Shown: positions 48,843 to 58,926 of the stretch, in pieces | How the letters are laid out: each line of letters begins with the position of its first letter | Numbering within the stretch: the first letter of the stretch is position 1 | Source of the DNA: Chloroflexota bacterium | GTDB lineage: Bacteria > Chloroflexota > UBA11872 > VXOZ01 | Direction of reading: 5' to 3' | NCBI GenBank assembly: GCA_965221905.1 | Contig: OZ244922.1 | Location: 2,144,001-2,208,000, forward strand | DNA length: 64,000 bases | Position numbers and translations under genes: made by a program | Notes under the pieces: generated by a model | Seen by the model: the letters and a program-made list of their open reading frames with translations, nothing else | Databases searched by the model: none | Told to the model about the DNA's origin: nothing

Positions 48843-49343
48843 CTAAAATCCGAACGCTAGCCTGCGATACTCGTGAAGAACTTCCTGAAAACGGTCGCCT
48901 TCCGATTCAAAGTGCAGTTCCCGCTTTGTATCCGTCATAATTTCAATATTTATGAGTAGCCAATTTTCCGGCAAAAAGTCTCGCACTTTGCGGGCCCATT
49001 CAATCACACAAATGCCATCACCTTCAAGATATTCTTCAAGCCCCAAACTCCACAAGGAGTCGTCTGAGCCGACGCGGTAGAGATCGATGTGATAGAAAGG
49101 AAACTTGCCGGACTGATATTCTTTGATAAGCGTATAGGAGGGACTGGTAACGTGCTCCTTTACCTCCAAGCCAAGAGCGACACCTTGCGCAAATACCGTC
49201 TTGCCTGAGCCCATAGTGCCTTCAAGCAGGACAACACTGCCAGGCTTAACCAGCGTTCCCAGCCGCAGACCTAGGCGCTGGGTCTGCGTTTCACTGTGAC
49301 TAATGCAATCGAGCTTCTGTTCCACACCTTTACTGGTAGACAC
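48843..49343 (-). CDS. tsaE: t6A biosynthesis ATPase TsaE
   Basis: GTMGSGKT, SPSYTL, HIDLYR, IEW. Confidence 0.95.
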   Translation of the reverse strand: MSTSKGVEQKLDCISHSETQTQRLGLRLGTLVKPGSVVLLEGTMGSGKTVFAQGVALGLEVKEHVTSPSYTLIKEYQSGKFPFYHIDLYRVGSDDSLWSLGLEEYLEGDGICVIEWARKVRDFLPENWLLINIEIMTDTKRELHFESEGDRFQEVLHEYRRLAFGF

Positions 49344-49355
49344 AAGTGTACCCCT

Positions 49356-50381
49356 TCAATGGGCGGGAGGAAGAACCCCGGCATTGCCAAAATGGTCGTA
49401 TCCTCTATGGGGAATTGGCAACACTTTGCCACCCTCATCGCACACAGCAACCTCTCCGCTCTCACCAGCTACGATTCTACCGATAACTGTGCTTTGTACG
49501 AACCCCTCCGCTGCCAAGTAGCTCTGCGCCCGTTGCATCGTGTCTGGCGGCGCGGTAAACAACAATTCAAAGTCCTCGCCGCCGCCTATGGCCCGTGTAC
49601 GAAAGGAACCTCCCAGCACTTTTGGGAGTTCCGGGTCGGTAGGGACACTTGAAAGCATGATCTCCGCACTCACCCCGCTAGTTGCACAGAGCTTCTGCAA
49701 GTCTGCTACCAAACCGTCACTAATATCCATGCCACACCGCACTCCGGCTTCGATAAGCGCCCGGCCTTCGCGCAACCGCGGGACCGGCCGCCGCTGCGCA
49801 GATTTGAACCGTGCCCCATAATCCGTACCGCGGCTTTCGCCTTGCTCAAGGAGCACCAGCCCCGCTGCCGCGTTTCCCAAGACTCCTGTAACGGCTACCT
49901 GATCGCCAACTTGTGCGGTGGAACGCCGGAGAGTGCGCTCTCGACTCTCCACTTCTCCAATCACCGCCACATTTATTGTCACCTGCGCGCTCGAAGATAG
50001 ATCCCCGCCAACGATTGGAGTTTCTGCATCTTCAGCCAACAGTGACATACCCCGGTAAAACGCTGAAACGTCCGAAGCCTTGACTCCCGGTGGCAAACAA
50101 AGGGTAACGAGCGCTCCGCGCGGTACACCACCCATTGCTGCAATGTCGCTAAGATTTACAGCGAGCGCTTTCCATCCAATGTCTTCCCAACTAAACGTGC
50201 GCAGCCGAAAATCGACATCCTCCACAAGGGCGTCAGTGGTGGCGATTATCCATCCTTCGCCCTGCCGCCACAAAGCCGCATCGTCCTGAAAGCCCAACGC
50301 CATGTCCGGTGACGTGAATACTTTCTCCGCAATACGGCCAATGAGCCCAAGCTCACCTATATCCTCAAGCGTCTCAGCCAT
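49356..50381 (-). CDS. thiL: Thiamine-monophosphate kinase
   Basis: GE..LI, DDAA, NLSDIAAMGG, GGD, DISDGL, GGEDFELLFT, GYDHF. Confidence 0.95.
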   Translation of the reverse strand: MAETLEDIGELGLIGRIAEKVFTSPDMALGFQDDAALWRQGEGWIIATTDALVEDVDFRLRTFSWEDIGWKALAVNLSDIAAMGGVPRGALVTLCLPPGVKASDVSAFYRGMSLLAEDAETPIVGGDLSSSAQVTINVAVIGEVESRERTLRRSTAQVGDQVAVTGVLGNAAAGLVLLEQGESRGTDYGARFKSAQRRPVPRLREGRALIEAGVRCGMDISDGLVADLQKLCATSGVSAEIMLSSVPTDPELPKVLGGSFRTRAIGGGEDFELLFTAPPDTMQRAQSYLAAEGFVQSTVIGRIVAGESGEVAVCDEGGKVLPIPHRGYDHFGNAGVLPPAH

Positions 50382-50900
50382 TCTTCCTCGCCATGTATAC
50401 AGCCGAGTTCAGAATAGCAGGCATGCCGAGCACGGGCAAATCGCAGGCGAATTGATGGCGCATCTATGGTGTCGTACAAGCTTGCTCGCGAACACCTGCA
50501 CGCAACGTTCCTATTGAGCGAAAGGACAACCATCGTATCCGCTTAGCGATTTCGCGCCTCAGTGTGACCACGTATGCTACCATTCTCACAGTTTGGCGCG
50601 GTACGGGACACTTTGGGCATGTTGGTAAAGGGCGCTCTGCTGACGGCGAAAAGGTGGACGAAACATCCGGCGAGCAAGAGCGCAATAATCTCGGATCGCC
50701 CGCCAGTAGACAGATGCGCCCGGTAGCAATCACGAGTATTGCTCGAAGTTTCCAGGTTCTTGAGCCGACGTTTAGTATCCAGTCGGTGGATGTCCGAACG
50801 ACTGTCTAGCGGGCGGGAAGCAGACTGTCTGGCCGCTATTCTAGGGGTTGTCCAGTTGCTGCTTATGTAAATTAGTAAGTAAAGGAAAGGGAATTCGCCA

Positions 50901-52007
50901 ATGGCAGAAGCATTGAGAAAATGGTTACGGGAAGAAATACGCAGCCTGGCGGGTTTGCATGGCCCCTCCGGTCGTGAGCAAGCAGTCGTTGCCGCCCTGG
51001 CCGAGCGCTTGCGCCCGCTCGCGGAATCGGTTCACATAGACCAAATGGGCAACGTTTTCGCAAATTGTGGAGGGCCGGCGGACGCGCCCCTGATACTGTT
51101 GGACGCTCATGCGGATGAAATCGGCTGCCTCGTGCGCAGTATTGAGCCGGAGGGCTTCTTACGCATTTTCAAGGTAGGCGGCATCCTTGACGGCCTGCTC
51201 ACTGGGCGCAAGGTCTCAGTAAACGGCCTGCGGGGCGTGATCGGAGTGAAGGCCGGGCACCTGCAGTCACAGGAAGAACAGCGCACAGTCGTGCCGGTAA
51301 AGGATCTTTACGTAGACATTGGGTTCTCTTCTGCTGAAGAGGTAAGGCAAGCGGGAATTGCTGTCGGCGACCCGGTGACGTACGTCAGTGAAGTCGAGGA
51401 ATTAGCGAATCCAAACCGCCTCTGCGGCAAAGCAATTGATAACCGCGCCGGCTGCGCGGTGTTGCTCAAGGCAATCGAGCTACTAACGAAGGATTCTCTT
51501 CCCTTCCGTCTCGTAGCTCAGTTTACGGTGCAAGAGGAGACGGGACTACACGGCGCCGGACCGGCGGCGTTCAATTTCGAACCCCACCTTGCGATTGCGA
51601 TCGACACCGTGCCTTGCGGCGATACGCCCGACGTGAAGTTCCATAGCGAGCTTCCCATCGCCCTGGGAAGAGGACCGGTGATCCAGGCCGCAAGCAGCAG
51701 CTTATACGGAGGCATGATTACACCCGAAGCGGTGCTGGCTTTCGCAGTACGCACTGCCAAGCAGATTGGAATTCCGTATCAGGAAGCAATCCTCGAAGGC
51801 GGAAGCACCAACGCAACTGCCATTCACTACTCTCGGAACGGCATCCCGGCAATCGCGATCACAATTCCCCGTCGTTACTCGCACTCGCCCATAGAGGTGG
51901 TCGATTTAAACGACGTCACGGCCACGCTGCAACTTGTGGTAGTAATGGCACAGAAGGCTGACAGAGAAGGCTTTGCATTTGTCTCTAGCGGGCCGAAGAC
52001 GGGCTAG
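50901..52007 (+). CDS. M42 family metallo-aminopeptidase
   Basis: PSGRE, AHADEIG, KAIDNRAG, QEETG, RYSHSP.E. Confidence 0.9.
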   Translation: MAEALRKWLREEIRSLAGLHGPSGREQAVVAALAERLRPLAESVHIDQMGNVFANCGGPADAPLILLDAHADEIGCLVRSIEPEGFLRIFKVGGILDGLLTGRKVSVNGLRGVIGVKAGHLQSQEEQRTVVPVKDLYVDIGFSSAEEVRQAGIAVGDPVTYVSEVEELANPNRLCGKAIDNRAGCAVLLKAIELLTKDSLPFRLVAQFTVQEETGLHGAGPAAFNFEPHLAIAIDTVPCGDTPDVKFHSELPIALGRGPVIQAASSSLYGGMITPEAVLAFAVRTAKQIGIPYQEAILEGGSTNATAIHYSRNGIPAIAITIPRRYSHSPIEVVDLNDVTATLQLVVVMAQKADREGFAFVSSGPKTG

Positions 52008-52831
52008 TCCTGCCCGGAGGCATTGCCTGGCGCCCCGTGTGTAGGAGTGGCCCCGCGCCAAAAGTGATTGACTGGGCTATGGCCGGACCCGATGGAATAG
52101 GAGTGTCGCAGCGCTCCCGTCAAGTATTCCTTTGCCTCACCTACGGCGTCAGGAAGAGAGAGACCCCGTGCCAGGTAGGCGGCGATGGCAGACGCCAGCG
52201 TGCAGCCTGTGCCGTGGTCGTTGCGCGTGATTACCCTTTCCTTCTCAAACGTGTAGTAGTTTGTGCCGTCGAATAGCACGTCACGCGCGGAACCGGCAGC
52301 GTGTCCGCCTTTGATAAGTGCCGCTCGGCACCCCAATCCAACGATCGCCTGCGCTGCCTGGCGCATTTCACGCTCCTCTCGCACCGGCGTGTCGAGCAGC
52401 CGTTCCACTTCAGGCAGATTGGGTGTGACGACAGTGGCGAGAGGGAAAAGCGTCTCGCGGTAGGCGGCAACCGCAGTATCGTCCACAAGCGGATCGCCGC
52501 TCTTTGCGGTCATCACCGGATCCACCACAAGCGCCTGTGGGATGTCTGCTTTCATCGAATCCGCAACCACGTTGATGATCTCGGCGTTGGCCAGCATCCC
52601 GGTCTTGATCGCATCGGCGCCAATGTCCGACCGCACCGAGTCTATCTGCGCCACCACCAGCGCGGGGGGCAATGCCATCCAATCTTGCACGCCGCAGGTG
52701 TTTTGGGCAGTAACGGCGGTCACCACAGTACTACCGTAGACGCCAAGCGCACTGAAGGTCTTCAAGTCCGCCTGCAATCCGGCGCCTGCTCCAGAATCTG
52801 AACCCGCAATGGTCAGGACACGCTTCGCCAT
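52004..52831 (-). CDS. thiD: Hydroxymethylpyrimidine/phosphomethylpyrimidine kinase
   Basis: TIAGSDSGAGAGLQADLKT, KTGML, VDPVM, TPNLPE, KGGH, HGTGCT. Confidence 0.96.
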   Translation of the reverse strand: MAKRVLTIAGSDSGAGAGLQADLKTFSALGVYGSTVVTAVTAQNTCGVQDWMALPPALVVAQIDSVRSDIGADAIKTGMLANAEIINVVADSMKADIPQALVVDPVMTAKSGDPLVDDTAVAAYRETLFPLATVVTPNLPEVERLLDTPVREEREMRQAAQAIVGLGCRAALIKGGHAAGSARDVLFDGTNYYTFEKERVITRNDHGTGCTLASAIAAYLARGLSLPDAVGEAKEYLTGALRHSYSIGSGHSPVNHFWRGATPTHGAPGNASGQD

Positions 52832-53238
52832 TGTTTCCTCCGCACTATTGCGCAATCTTGCGCAACCACTGTCATCCCTCGCTCACGCGCCGCAGCAATC
52901 GCAGTATCGGATTCCGAACCCGGTTGCATCCACACATTCAGGATTCCCAGCGCAAAACACGTTTCGACGGTCTGCTCGGTTACGGCGGGAGGCACCACCG
53001 TCACGACAACATCGGGCCTTTTAGGCAGGTCTGCCAGGGCGGAAAACAGCTCATCTCCTGCCACGACACCGCCCTTCGGATTCACGCCCTGCACCTGATA
53101 CCCCGATTCAAGCAATGCCAGAAACACACGGTGACCGAATTTAAGCGGATCATGAGAAACGCCTACCACGGCCCACGAGCGCAGATTGATAAGCCTCGAC
53201 ACGCTTGCTTCATGATCCGACGTAGACCGGACAGTCAT
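52813..53238 (-). CDS. CoA-binding protein (YccU-like)
   Basis: AVVGVS, VNP, VWMQPG, C-terminal Cys. Confidence 0.88.
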   Translation of the reverse strand: MTVRSTSDHEASVSRLINLRSWAVVGVSHDPLKFGHRVFLALLESGYQVQGVNPKGGVVAGDELFSALADLPKRPDVVVTVVPPAVTEQTVETCFALGILNVWMQPGSESDTAIAAARERGMTVVAQDCAIVRRKQWRSVS

Positions 53239-53490
53239 TGCACTCTACCCAACTCCACCGATAAATCTTCCAAGACGAACCCACCGGCTCGAATGCGCCG
53301 AAGAAGCCGACCTCACTCAGATTACGACTTCTAAATGGCAAAGGTCGAAAGAGCCCCATCTATTGCAGTATCGGAAGTGCCCGGCCGTCCTCATCGAAAC
53401 GACAATATAACCGAATGAGTGTGTCCTTACGTTGCCCTGGAATAGTCCCCGCAAGCTCTCCAGTTAGCGACAAGCCCGCTCGCTCGAACC

Positions 53491-53802
53491 CTACCGCACG
53501 TCCTCGCGGAACTTCTCAATGCGTGATAACTGGCAGGTCAACCAAACGTCTTTAGGCATGATGGGGTGGGCATATGCCGTTATCACTGTCTCACCTGAAC
53601 CCTCTAAACGGTCAAGGAGACCTGTAAATTCCAATTCCAGAAAGGCCAACGTGAGTTTCGCCCTTGGCAACGTAGCAAGTCTCGCCTGCAGCAGCACAAT
53701 GTTGGATTCTACAACATCAAAGGGCTCGTAGATGTGTCCGAATGCAAGAGAAGGATCATTGATCAGCCGCTGGGTGGTCCGTCGGAAAGCTGGTCGTGCC
53801 AC
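53491..53802 (-). CDS. Hypothetical protein of about 103 aa
   Basis: Fills an otherwise empty gap and is co-oriented with the downstream genes; GAGAAGG precedes GTG 53802 (ORF open to 53835); no recognised motif. Confidence 0.5.
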   Translation of the reverse strand: MARPAFRRTTQRLINDPSLAFGHIYEPFDVVESNIVLLQARLATLPRAKLTLAFLELEFTGLLDRLEGSGETVITAYAHPIMPKDVWLTCQLSRIEKFREDVR

Positions 53803-53891
53803 TAATACCTTCTCTCTTCCAAGACCTATCGACACGCGGTCCCATCGCCTCTACTGATCACAGAAGTCCAATTAGCTAACCTGCTGCATCG

Positions 53892-53920
53892 TTGACACGT
53901 GGCTGGCTCCAGTATACTAT
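53892..53920 (+). promoter_or_regulatory. Sigma70-type promoter for dnaN
   Basis: TTGACA, 17-bp spacer, TACTAT; followed by hairpin GCCGCCAAG-GAAA-TTTGGCGGC. Confidence 0.6.
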
Positions 53921-54002
53921 GGGCTACACAGGCCGCCAAGGAAATTTGGCGGCGGTCTAGTTTTGTCAATATATATCGAAGTACGTATGCGGAGCGCGAT
54001 TA

Positions 54003-55130
54003 GTGAAAATCTCGTGCCTACAAGAAAACCTCGCCAAAGGCCTCGCCATCGTTGGCCGGGCAGTGGCAACGCGCAGCCCCCTCCCTGTACTGAGCAATGT
54101 CTTGATCGCTACCGACCAAGGGCGTCTAAAGCTCTCGGCAATGAATCAAGAGATTGGAATCGTCCATTGGATTGGCTGTAAGGTCGAGACAGAGGGCGAA
54201 GTCACAGTGCTCGCGCGGTTGCTTAGCGAGTTTATCGGTTCGCTGCCCAATGAACGTGTGGATTTGGAACTAGATAGTGAAAACCTTACGCTGCACCTCA
54301 ATTGTGGACGGTACCAGGCAAACGTCAAGGGGATCGCAGCGGAGGAATTCCCCCCAATTCCGTTGGGTGACGGGGACCCCACGCTTGTGCTGGACGCAAC
54401 GCTGCTGCGGGAGAGCATCGAGCAGGTGGCCATGGCGGCAGCCAGCGATGACCCCCGTCAATACCTTCAAGGAGTGGCGGTAATCATCGAGCCGGATAAG
54501 GTCGTGCTTGTAGCGTCAGACGGGTTTCGCATGGCCGTGCGTACGCTCGCGGTCGAGAGCGGCGTTAGCGAGAAAACCGAGTTCATTGTACCTGCCCGCA
54601 GCTTGACGGAGCTATCGCGCGTCTTGACCGATAGCGAGCATCCGGTAGAGATTCGCCTTACCCAGAATCGCAACCAAGTAATCTTCAGTACCGGTGACGT
54701 ACACCTGGTCTCACGCCTCATCGAAGGCACTTTCCCCAACTACACGCAGATGATTCCTGCCGACCACCAGACGGACATTCAGGTCTCCACGGCTGATCTC
54801 ATGCAATGTACTCGCATGGCGTCGTTCTTTGCGCGCGATGGGGCCAATGTGATCAAACTGGAAGCCACACCGGACGATGAGAAAGGCAACCTTACCATTA
54901 CGGCAACCGCCACCGAACTTGGCGATAACCGCTCAGACCTGGAGGCGCAGGTCACTGGTGAGGAAACGCTCATCGCATTCAATGCTCGCTATCTACTCGA
55001 TTGCATAAATGCCATTAATTCACCTGACATGAAAATCGAGCTTGCAGGTTCGACCAGCCCGGGGGTTATTCGCCCTACTGACGATACTGACTATGTCCAT
55101 GTGATTATGCCTATGCACACAGTACGGTGA
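54003..55130 (+). CDS. dnaN: DNA polymerase III beta sliding clamp
   Basis: PVLSNVLI, EFPP, ASDGFR, SRLIEGTFPNY, FNARYL, VIMPM. Confidence 0.96.
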   Translation: MKISCLQENLAKGLAIVGRAVATRSPLPVLSNVLIATDQGRLKLSAMNQEIGIVHWIGCKVETEGEVTVLARLLSEFIGSLPNERVDLELDSENLTLHLNCGRYQANVKGIAAEEFPPIPLGDGDPTLVLDATLLRESIEQVAMAAASDDPRQYLQGVAVIIEPDKVVLVASDGFRMAVRTLAVESGVSEKTEFIVPARSLTELSRVLTDSEHPVEIRLTQNRNQVIFSTGDVHLVSRLIEGTFPNYTQMIPADHQTDIQVSTADLMQCTRMASFFARDGANVIKLEATPDDEKGNLTITATATELGDNRSDLEAQVTGEETLIAFNARYLLDCINAINSPDMKIELAGSTSPGVIRPTDDTDYVHVIMPMHTVR

Positions 55131-56068
55131 GTATGCGTACAGAGGTCGAACAGAATCTCATGATTCGGGAAGACACGCTGCCCTCGTCTGAGCGAGGCAA
55201 TGTGATTCGAACCGCAGTTTGCCAGTATGCGCCGGTGCTCGGGGACTTGCCTGCCAATGTTGAAAAGGGCGCACAGGCGATTCAAGAAGCGGCCGATAAC
55301 GGCGCCGACCTGATCGTACTACCTGAGATGGCAAACAGTGGCTATGTCGTGTTTTCCAGCGACGAAGCACGTGCGCTAGCGGAGCGACCGGATGAAAGCC
55401 CTGCCATGGCACGCTGGCAGCAGCTCGCGCAAGAGTATGACACACATATCGTCGCCGGCATTGGCGAAAAAGTTAGTGAAACTGAGCTCTATAATTCGGC
55501 TCTCGTCATTGGCCCCGCCGGCATTCTCGGCACATACCGCAAGACGCATCTCTTCTATGAGGAAAAACTCTACTACAGGCCTGGCAACTTGGGCTATCCG
55601 GTCTTTGACCTGCCGTTCGGTCGTGTCGGCATTCTGATTTGCTATGACCTTAGGTTTCCTGAGGCAAGCCGCATTCTGGCGCTGCGGGGGGCTGACATGA
55701 TCTGCGTACCTACGAATTGGGTAAGCATGATGACCCCGGATAGACTGTGGGATTCGCAAGGGTACTGTCAGGCGAACTATGTGGCTCTTGCCAATGCCGT
55801 GATGAACCAGGTGTTCATGGCGTGCGCCGACCGCGTAGGCAAAGAGCGCGGCGTTCAGTTTCTGGGCTGCAGCCTCATCATCGATCCCGCAGGCACGCCC
55901 CTGGCCGGCCCGGCCAGCACCGACGGTGATGAAGTGCTGGTAGCGGAAATGAACCTCTCCTCCGCCCGCAGAGCGAAGCATAGAAACGAACTCAACCATG
56001 CCTGGCTCGACCGTAGAACAGACCTCTATAGCTCTACGCTTGGTTATGAAGCAGATCCACACCCATAG
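55127..56068 (+). CDS. Nitrilase/N-carbamoyl-amidohydrolase family protein
   Basis: LPEM, YRKTHL, ICYD.RFPE triad; GTGA overlap with the dnaN stop (alternative ATG at 55133). Confidence 0.88.
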   Translation: MSMRTEVEQNLMIREDTLPSSERGNVIRTAVCQYAPVLGDLPANVEKGAQAIQEAADNGADLIVLPEMANSGYVVFSSDEARALAERPDESPAMARWQQLAQEYDTHIVAGIGEKVSETELYNSALVIGPAGILGTYRKTHLFYEEKLYYRPGNLGYPVFDLPFGRVGILICYDLRFPEASRILALRGADMICVPTNWVSMMTPDRLWDSQGYCQANYVALANAVMNQVFMACADRVGKERGVQFLGCSLIIDPAGTPLAGPASTDGDEVLVAEMNLSSARRAKHRNELNHAWLDRRTDLYSSTLGYEADPHP

Positions 56069-56397
56069 AGTGTCACTTCTTGAAGACTTAGAGAAGAGCT
56101 ACCCTCATTGGTGAGACCTCGTCTGGTGTAAACGGATCAGTTACTTCTCAGCCGGGGACTTCCACATAGAGGAGGAGCGTCTTGCTAGTGTGCGGCAAAG
56201 AAGCTTGTTCGCAGAGAGGAAGCGCAATTTGCCAGCTACCTATCAATCCCCTTATTCCCATTCAAGGCACTAGGAGCTAGCGTATTCAAGTGAGTCTGCC
56301 GACATTCCACGTAGCTCACAAGTCTGTGCCGTCTTCCGTGCCTGGGCAGACACCGTTCCTTACTTGCGAGAGCAAGTGTAACTTGACGGTACCTGGA

Positions 56398-58647
56398 GTG
56401 AAGACACTCAGGGCATCAAGAGTTGCCACCCGAGCACTCAGGCAAGTCTTTTGCATCTTGGGTCTGCTCCTCGCAGGAAGCGTTATACTAGCATCCTGCG
56501 GCGACAGAGATAAAGAGGCCGAGACTCCATCCGCCGCGATCCCGCCATCTGCCGCCAATCTAACCGAGGCATCTACTCTCCTCTCATCACTGCCTTGCTT
56601 TACCGACCTCACCGCAGCGCACAAGGCTGGTCCCGTTGCAAGTCCAACACCGGAGACCATTAGGATCCAGATGCTCGAGCGTCCATACCGCATAGTCCCC
56701 AATGATATCGTGCTCAAGCGGGGTCGCAGCTATCGGCTCATCATACAGGCCAACGAGGAGTGGCAGCACTTCGCCTCAGGCGTACTAACCTATGACATTA
56801 ACCTTCCCCCTCACGGCCAAGCGGAGGTTCTCCTGCAGCCACAGCAACTCGGCGTGTTTCCAATCTCAAATCATCGTCACATTCCGGAGAGCATCCTTAG
56901 AAGCACCATAACCGTAGTACCAGCGAGCATTGAAGTCTCCACATGGAATCCACTCTGTGCGGAACTCTCCGTTGAATCTCCACCGACCGGCGCTGACTTG
57001 AGCACACCATTCGTTATCCAAGGCTCCGTGATCCATCCCGGCGACAGTAGTCTTCGCGTAACGCGCATAGAGGCCTGGAGTAACGATATTCTGGTGGGTA
57101 GTACCGCAAGTGAGCAGCTTATTCCTCGCGGCAATAGCAGCGAATTCTTCCTCACCGTCCTAGACCTGCCTCCAGGCGACCACTCCCTACTGCTCAAGGC
57201 TTCTCTTCAGAACGGCGCTCTCGCAGCTACTGCGACCATGCAAATCTCTACACCCGCAGAAAGCCCACCTACTGCTTTGCTGCCTGGCTATCGTGGCAAC
57301 ATCGATCTTCCTGCCGAAGGCGGCTTTCTCAGTCTTCCCGTTACAATTCAAGGCTGGGTCGTCATACCGGGAAGCAAGAGTGGCACCGGTGTTGGATCTG
57401 TTGAAATCTGGAACGGACCACGTGAAACGGGTACGTTTCTCACTGAAGCAGTCTACGGCACGTATCGCCCTGATGTAGCCGAAGCACTAGGTGACCCTAA
57501 CTACTCCAGCAGCGGGTTTTACGCCGAAGTCTTCGACCTACCTGCCGGCCCCGTTGAGCTCCACCTTTACGTACGCGACCGCGAAGCCGGTGAGTACGTG
57601 TCCCCCCGATTTCGCCAATCTTCGCTTACCCGCAGCGTCTCCCTCGCTGAAGGCAAAGTCACCGATGCAGACTGGCCTGTGGCCCTGGCAGCCGCTCCAG
57701 ACGGCAGGCTCTTCTATGCTGAACTCCTCACCGGCAACATACGCATTTGGCGCGACGGTCAGCTTCTCCCGGTTCCCTTCGGCTCTATCGTTGACGTCTC
57801 AAATCATGGAGAGTCCGGTCTCCTTGGCCTTGCCCTTCATCCAGAATTCCCGCAAGAGCCGTATGTCTATGCCATGTACACGGTAGATTATCCGGAGACG
57901 GGCTTCCCTCTTATCCAGCGCGTCGTTCGTTTTCGCGACGATAACGGAACCGGCAGGGATTACACTGTGATCATCGAAAACCTCCCCGCAACAACAACGG
58001 GTCTTCACAACGGCGGTCGCATTGCCTTTGGGCCGGATGGCAAGCTTTATCTCACAATTGGCGATACTGACATACCGGACCTAGCCCAAGACCCCACAAA
58101 TCTGGCAGGCTCCATCCTGCGATTCAATCCCGATGGCACCATCCCCAACGATAATCCCATTCCTGGTTCTCCTATTTACGCCATGGGATTGCGAAATGTC
58201 TTTGGTCTTGCATTCCAGCCGGAGAGCGGATACTTGTTCGCGACTGAGAACGGGCCGGGCGGATTTGACGAGGTAAATAGGATTCAAGCCGGCCATAACT
58301 ACGGCTGGCCGGGCTATATGGGTGTAACCAATGAGAAGGGTTTTACCGATCCAATCATAGTCTTTGGCACGTGGCCGAATCCGACCTACGGCCCCACCGG
58401 GGCGGCCTTCGCACCTGGAAATCCGGAACTCTTCCTCTTCTGCGCCTTCCACGTGCCCTCGCTCCATGCGCTGCAATTGGGTGGTCCTGACTACAGCACG
58501 GTAGAACGCGAACTGGTGTTGTCGAAGCACTGTATTCTGGACGCAGCGGCCTCTGACGACGGTTGGATCTACTACAGCACTACCTCCGCCATCTTCAGAG
58601 CACGGCTTGATGACCTGTTGCAACTTCACGAGTATGAGGCACAATGA
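56398..58647 (+). CDS. Multidomain lipoprotein, PQQ-dependent sugar dehydrogenase (GSDH/YliI family), paralog 1
   Basis: Lipobox LASC; C-terminal ESGLLGLALHP, HNGGRIAFGPDG, GLRN, TENGP, DEVN, NYGWP. ORF is open from 56290. Confidence 0.85.
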   Translation: MKTLRASRVATRALRQVFCILGLLLAGSVILASCGDRDKEAETPSAAIPPSAANLTEASTLLSSLPCFTDLTAAHKAGPVASPTPETIRIQMLERPYRIVPNDIVLKRGRSYRLIIQANEEWQHFASGVLTYDINLPPHGQAEVLLQPQQLGVFPISNHRHIPESILRSTITVVPASIEVSTWNPLCAELSVESPPTGADLSTPFVIQGSVIHPGDSSLRVTRIEAWSNDILVGSTASEQLIPRGNSSEFFLTVLDLPPGDHSLLLKASLQNGALAATATMQISTPAESPPTALLPGYRGNIDLPAEGGFLSLPVTIQGWVVIPGSKSGTGVGSVEIWNGPRETGTFLTEAVYGTYRPDVAEALGDPNYSSSGFYAEVFDLPAGPVELHLYVRDREAGEYVSPRFRQSSLTRSVSLAEGKVTDADWPVALAAAPDGRLFYAELLTGNIRIWRDGQLLPVPFGSIVDVSNHGESGLLGLALHPEFPQEPYVYAMYTVDYPETGFPLIQRVVRFRDDNGTGRDYTVIIENLPATTTGLHNGGRIAFGPDGKLYLTIGDTDIPDLAQDPTNLAGSILRFNPDGTIPNDNPIPGSPIYAMGLRNVFGLAFQPESGYLFATENGPGGFDEVNRIQAGHNYGWPGYMGVTNEKGFTDPIIVFGTWPNPTYGPTGAAFAPGNPELFLFCAFHVPSLHALQLGGPDYSTVERELVLSKHCILDAAASDDGWIYYSTTSAIFRARLDDLLQLHEYEAQ

Positions 58648-58926
58648 GTTACTGTGGTGGCAAGCCAACGATACGTCTTCATTCGCCAGGCAAAAGGGCA
58701 AAGTGCCGGGCAATTTGGGGAAGGTGAAGTGCTCTAATTCTTGTCCTTAGTCAGACACACTCTCTACAACGTGAATAAGCGCCTGTAGACACAGGCTCTG
58801 TTTCAAAGTCATTAGAGTTGGCGAAGTGCCGAATTATCGCAATTGCAGGATCACAGAATGTCGCACCTTTCGCAATTGAGTTGCACAGATGTGACTGATC
58901 AAGATAAGTAAGGAGAACCTAGCAAG

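Noticed and set aside
50425-50500. GGGCAAA...GGCGCA resembling a c-di-GMP-I riboswitch
   Set aside because: The P2 stem pairs poorly, the conserved GCAAAG and P3 elements are missing, and it lies 400 bp from the next co-oriented gene.
50638-50670. CTGACGG...CGAAAC resembling a hammerhead ribozyme core
   Set aside because: It does not match CUGANGA, and no stem II or closing stems can be formed.
53240-53490. TPP riboswitch expected upstream of the CoA-binding/thiD genes
   Set aside because: No CUGAGA plus ACCUGAU...GCGNAGGGA elements were found on the minus strand.
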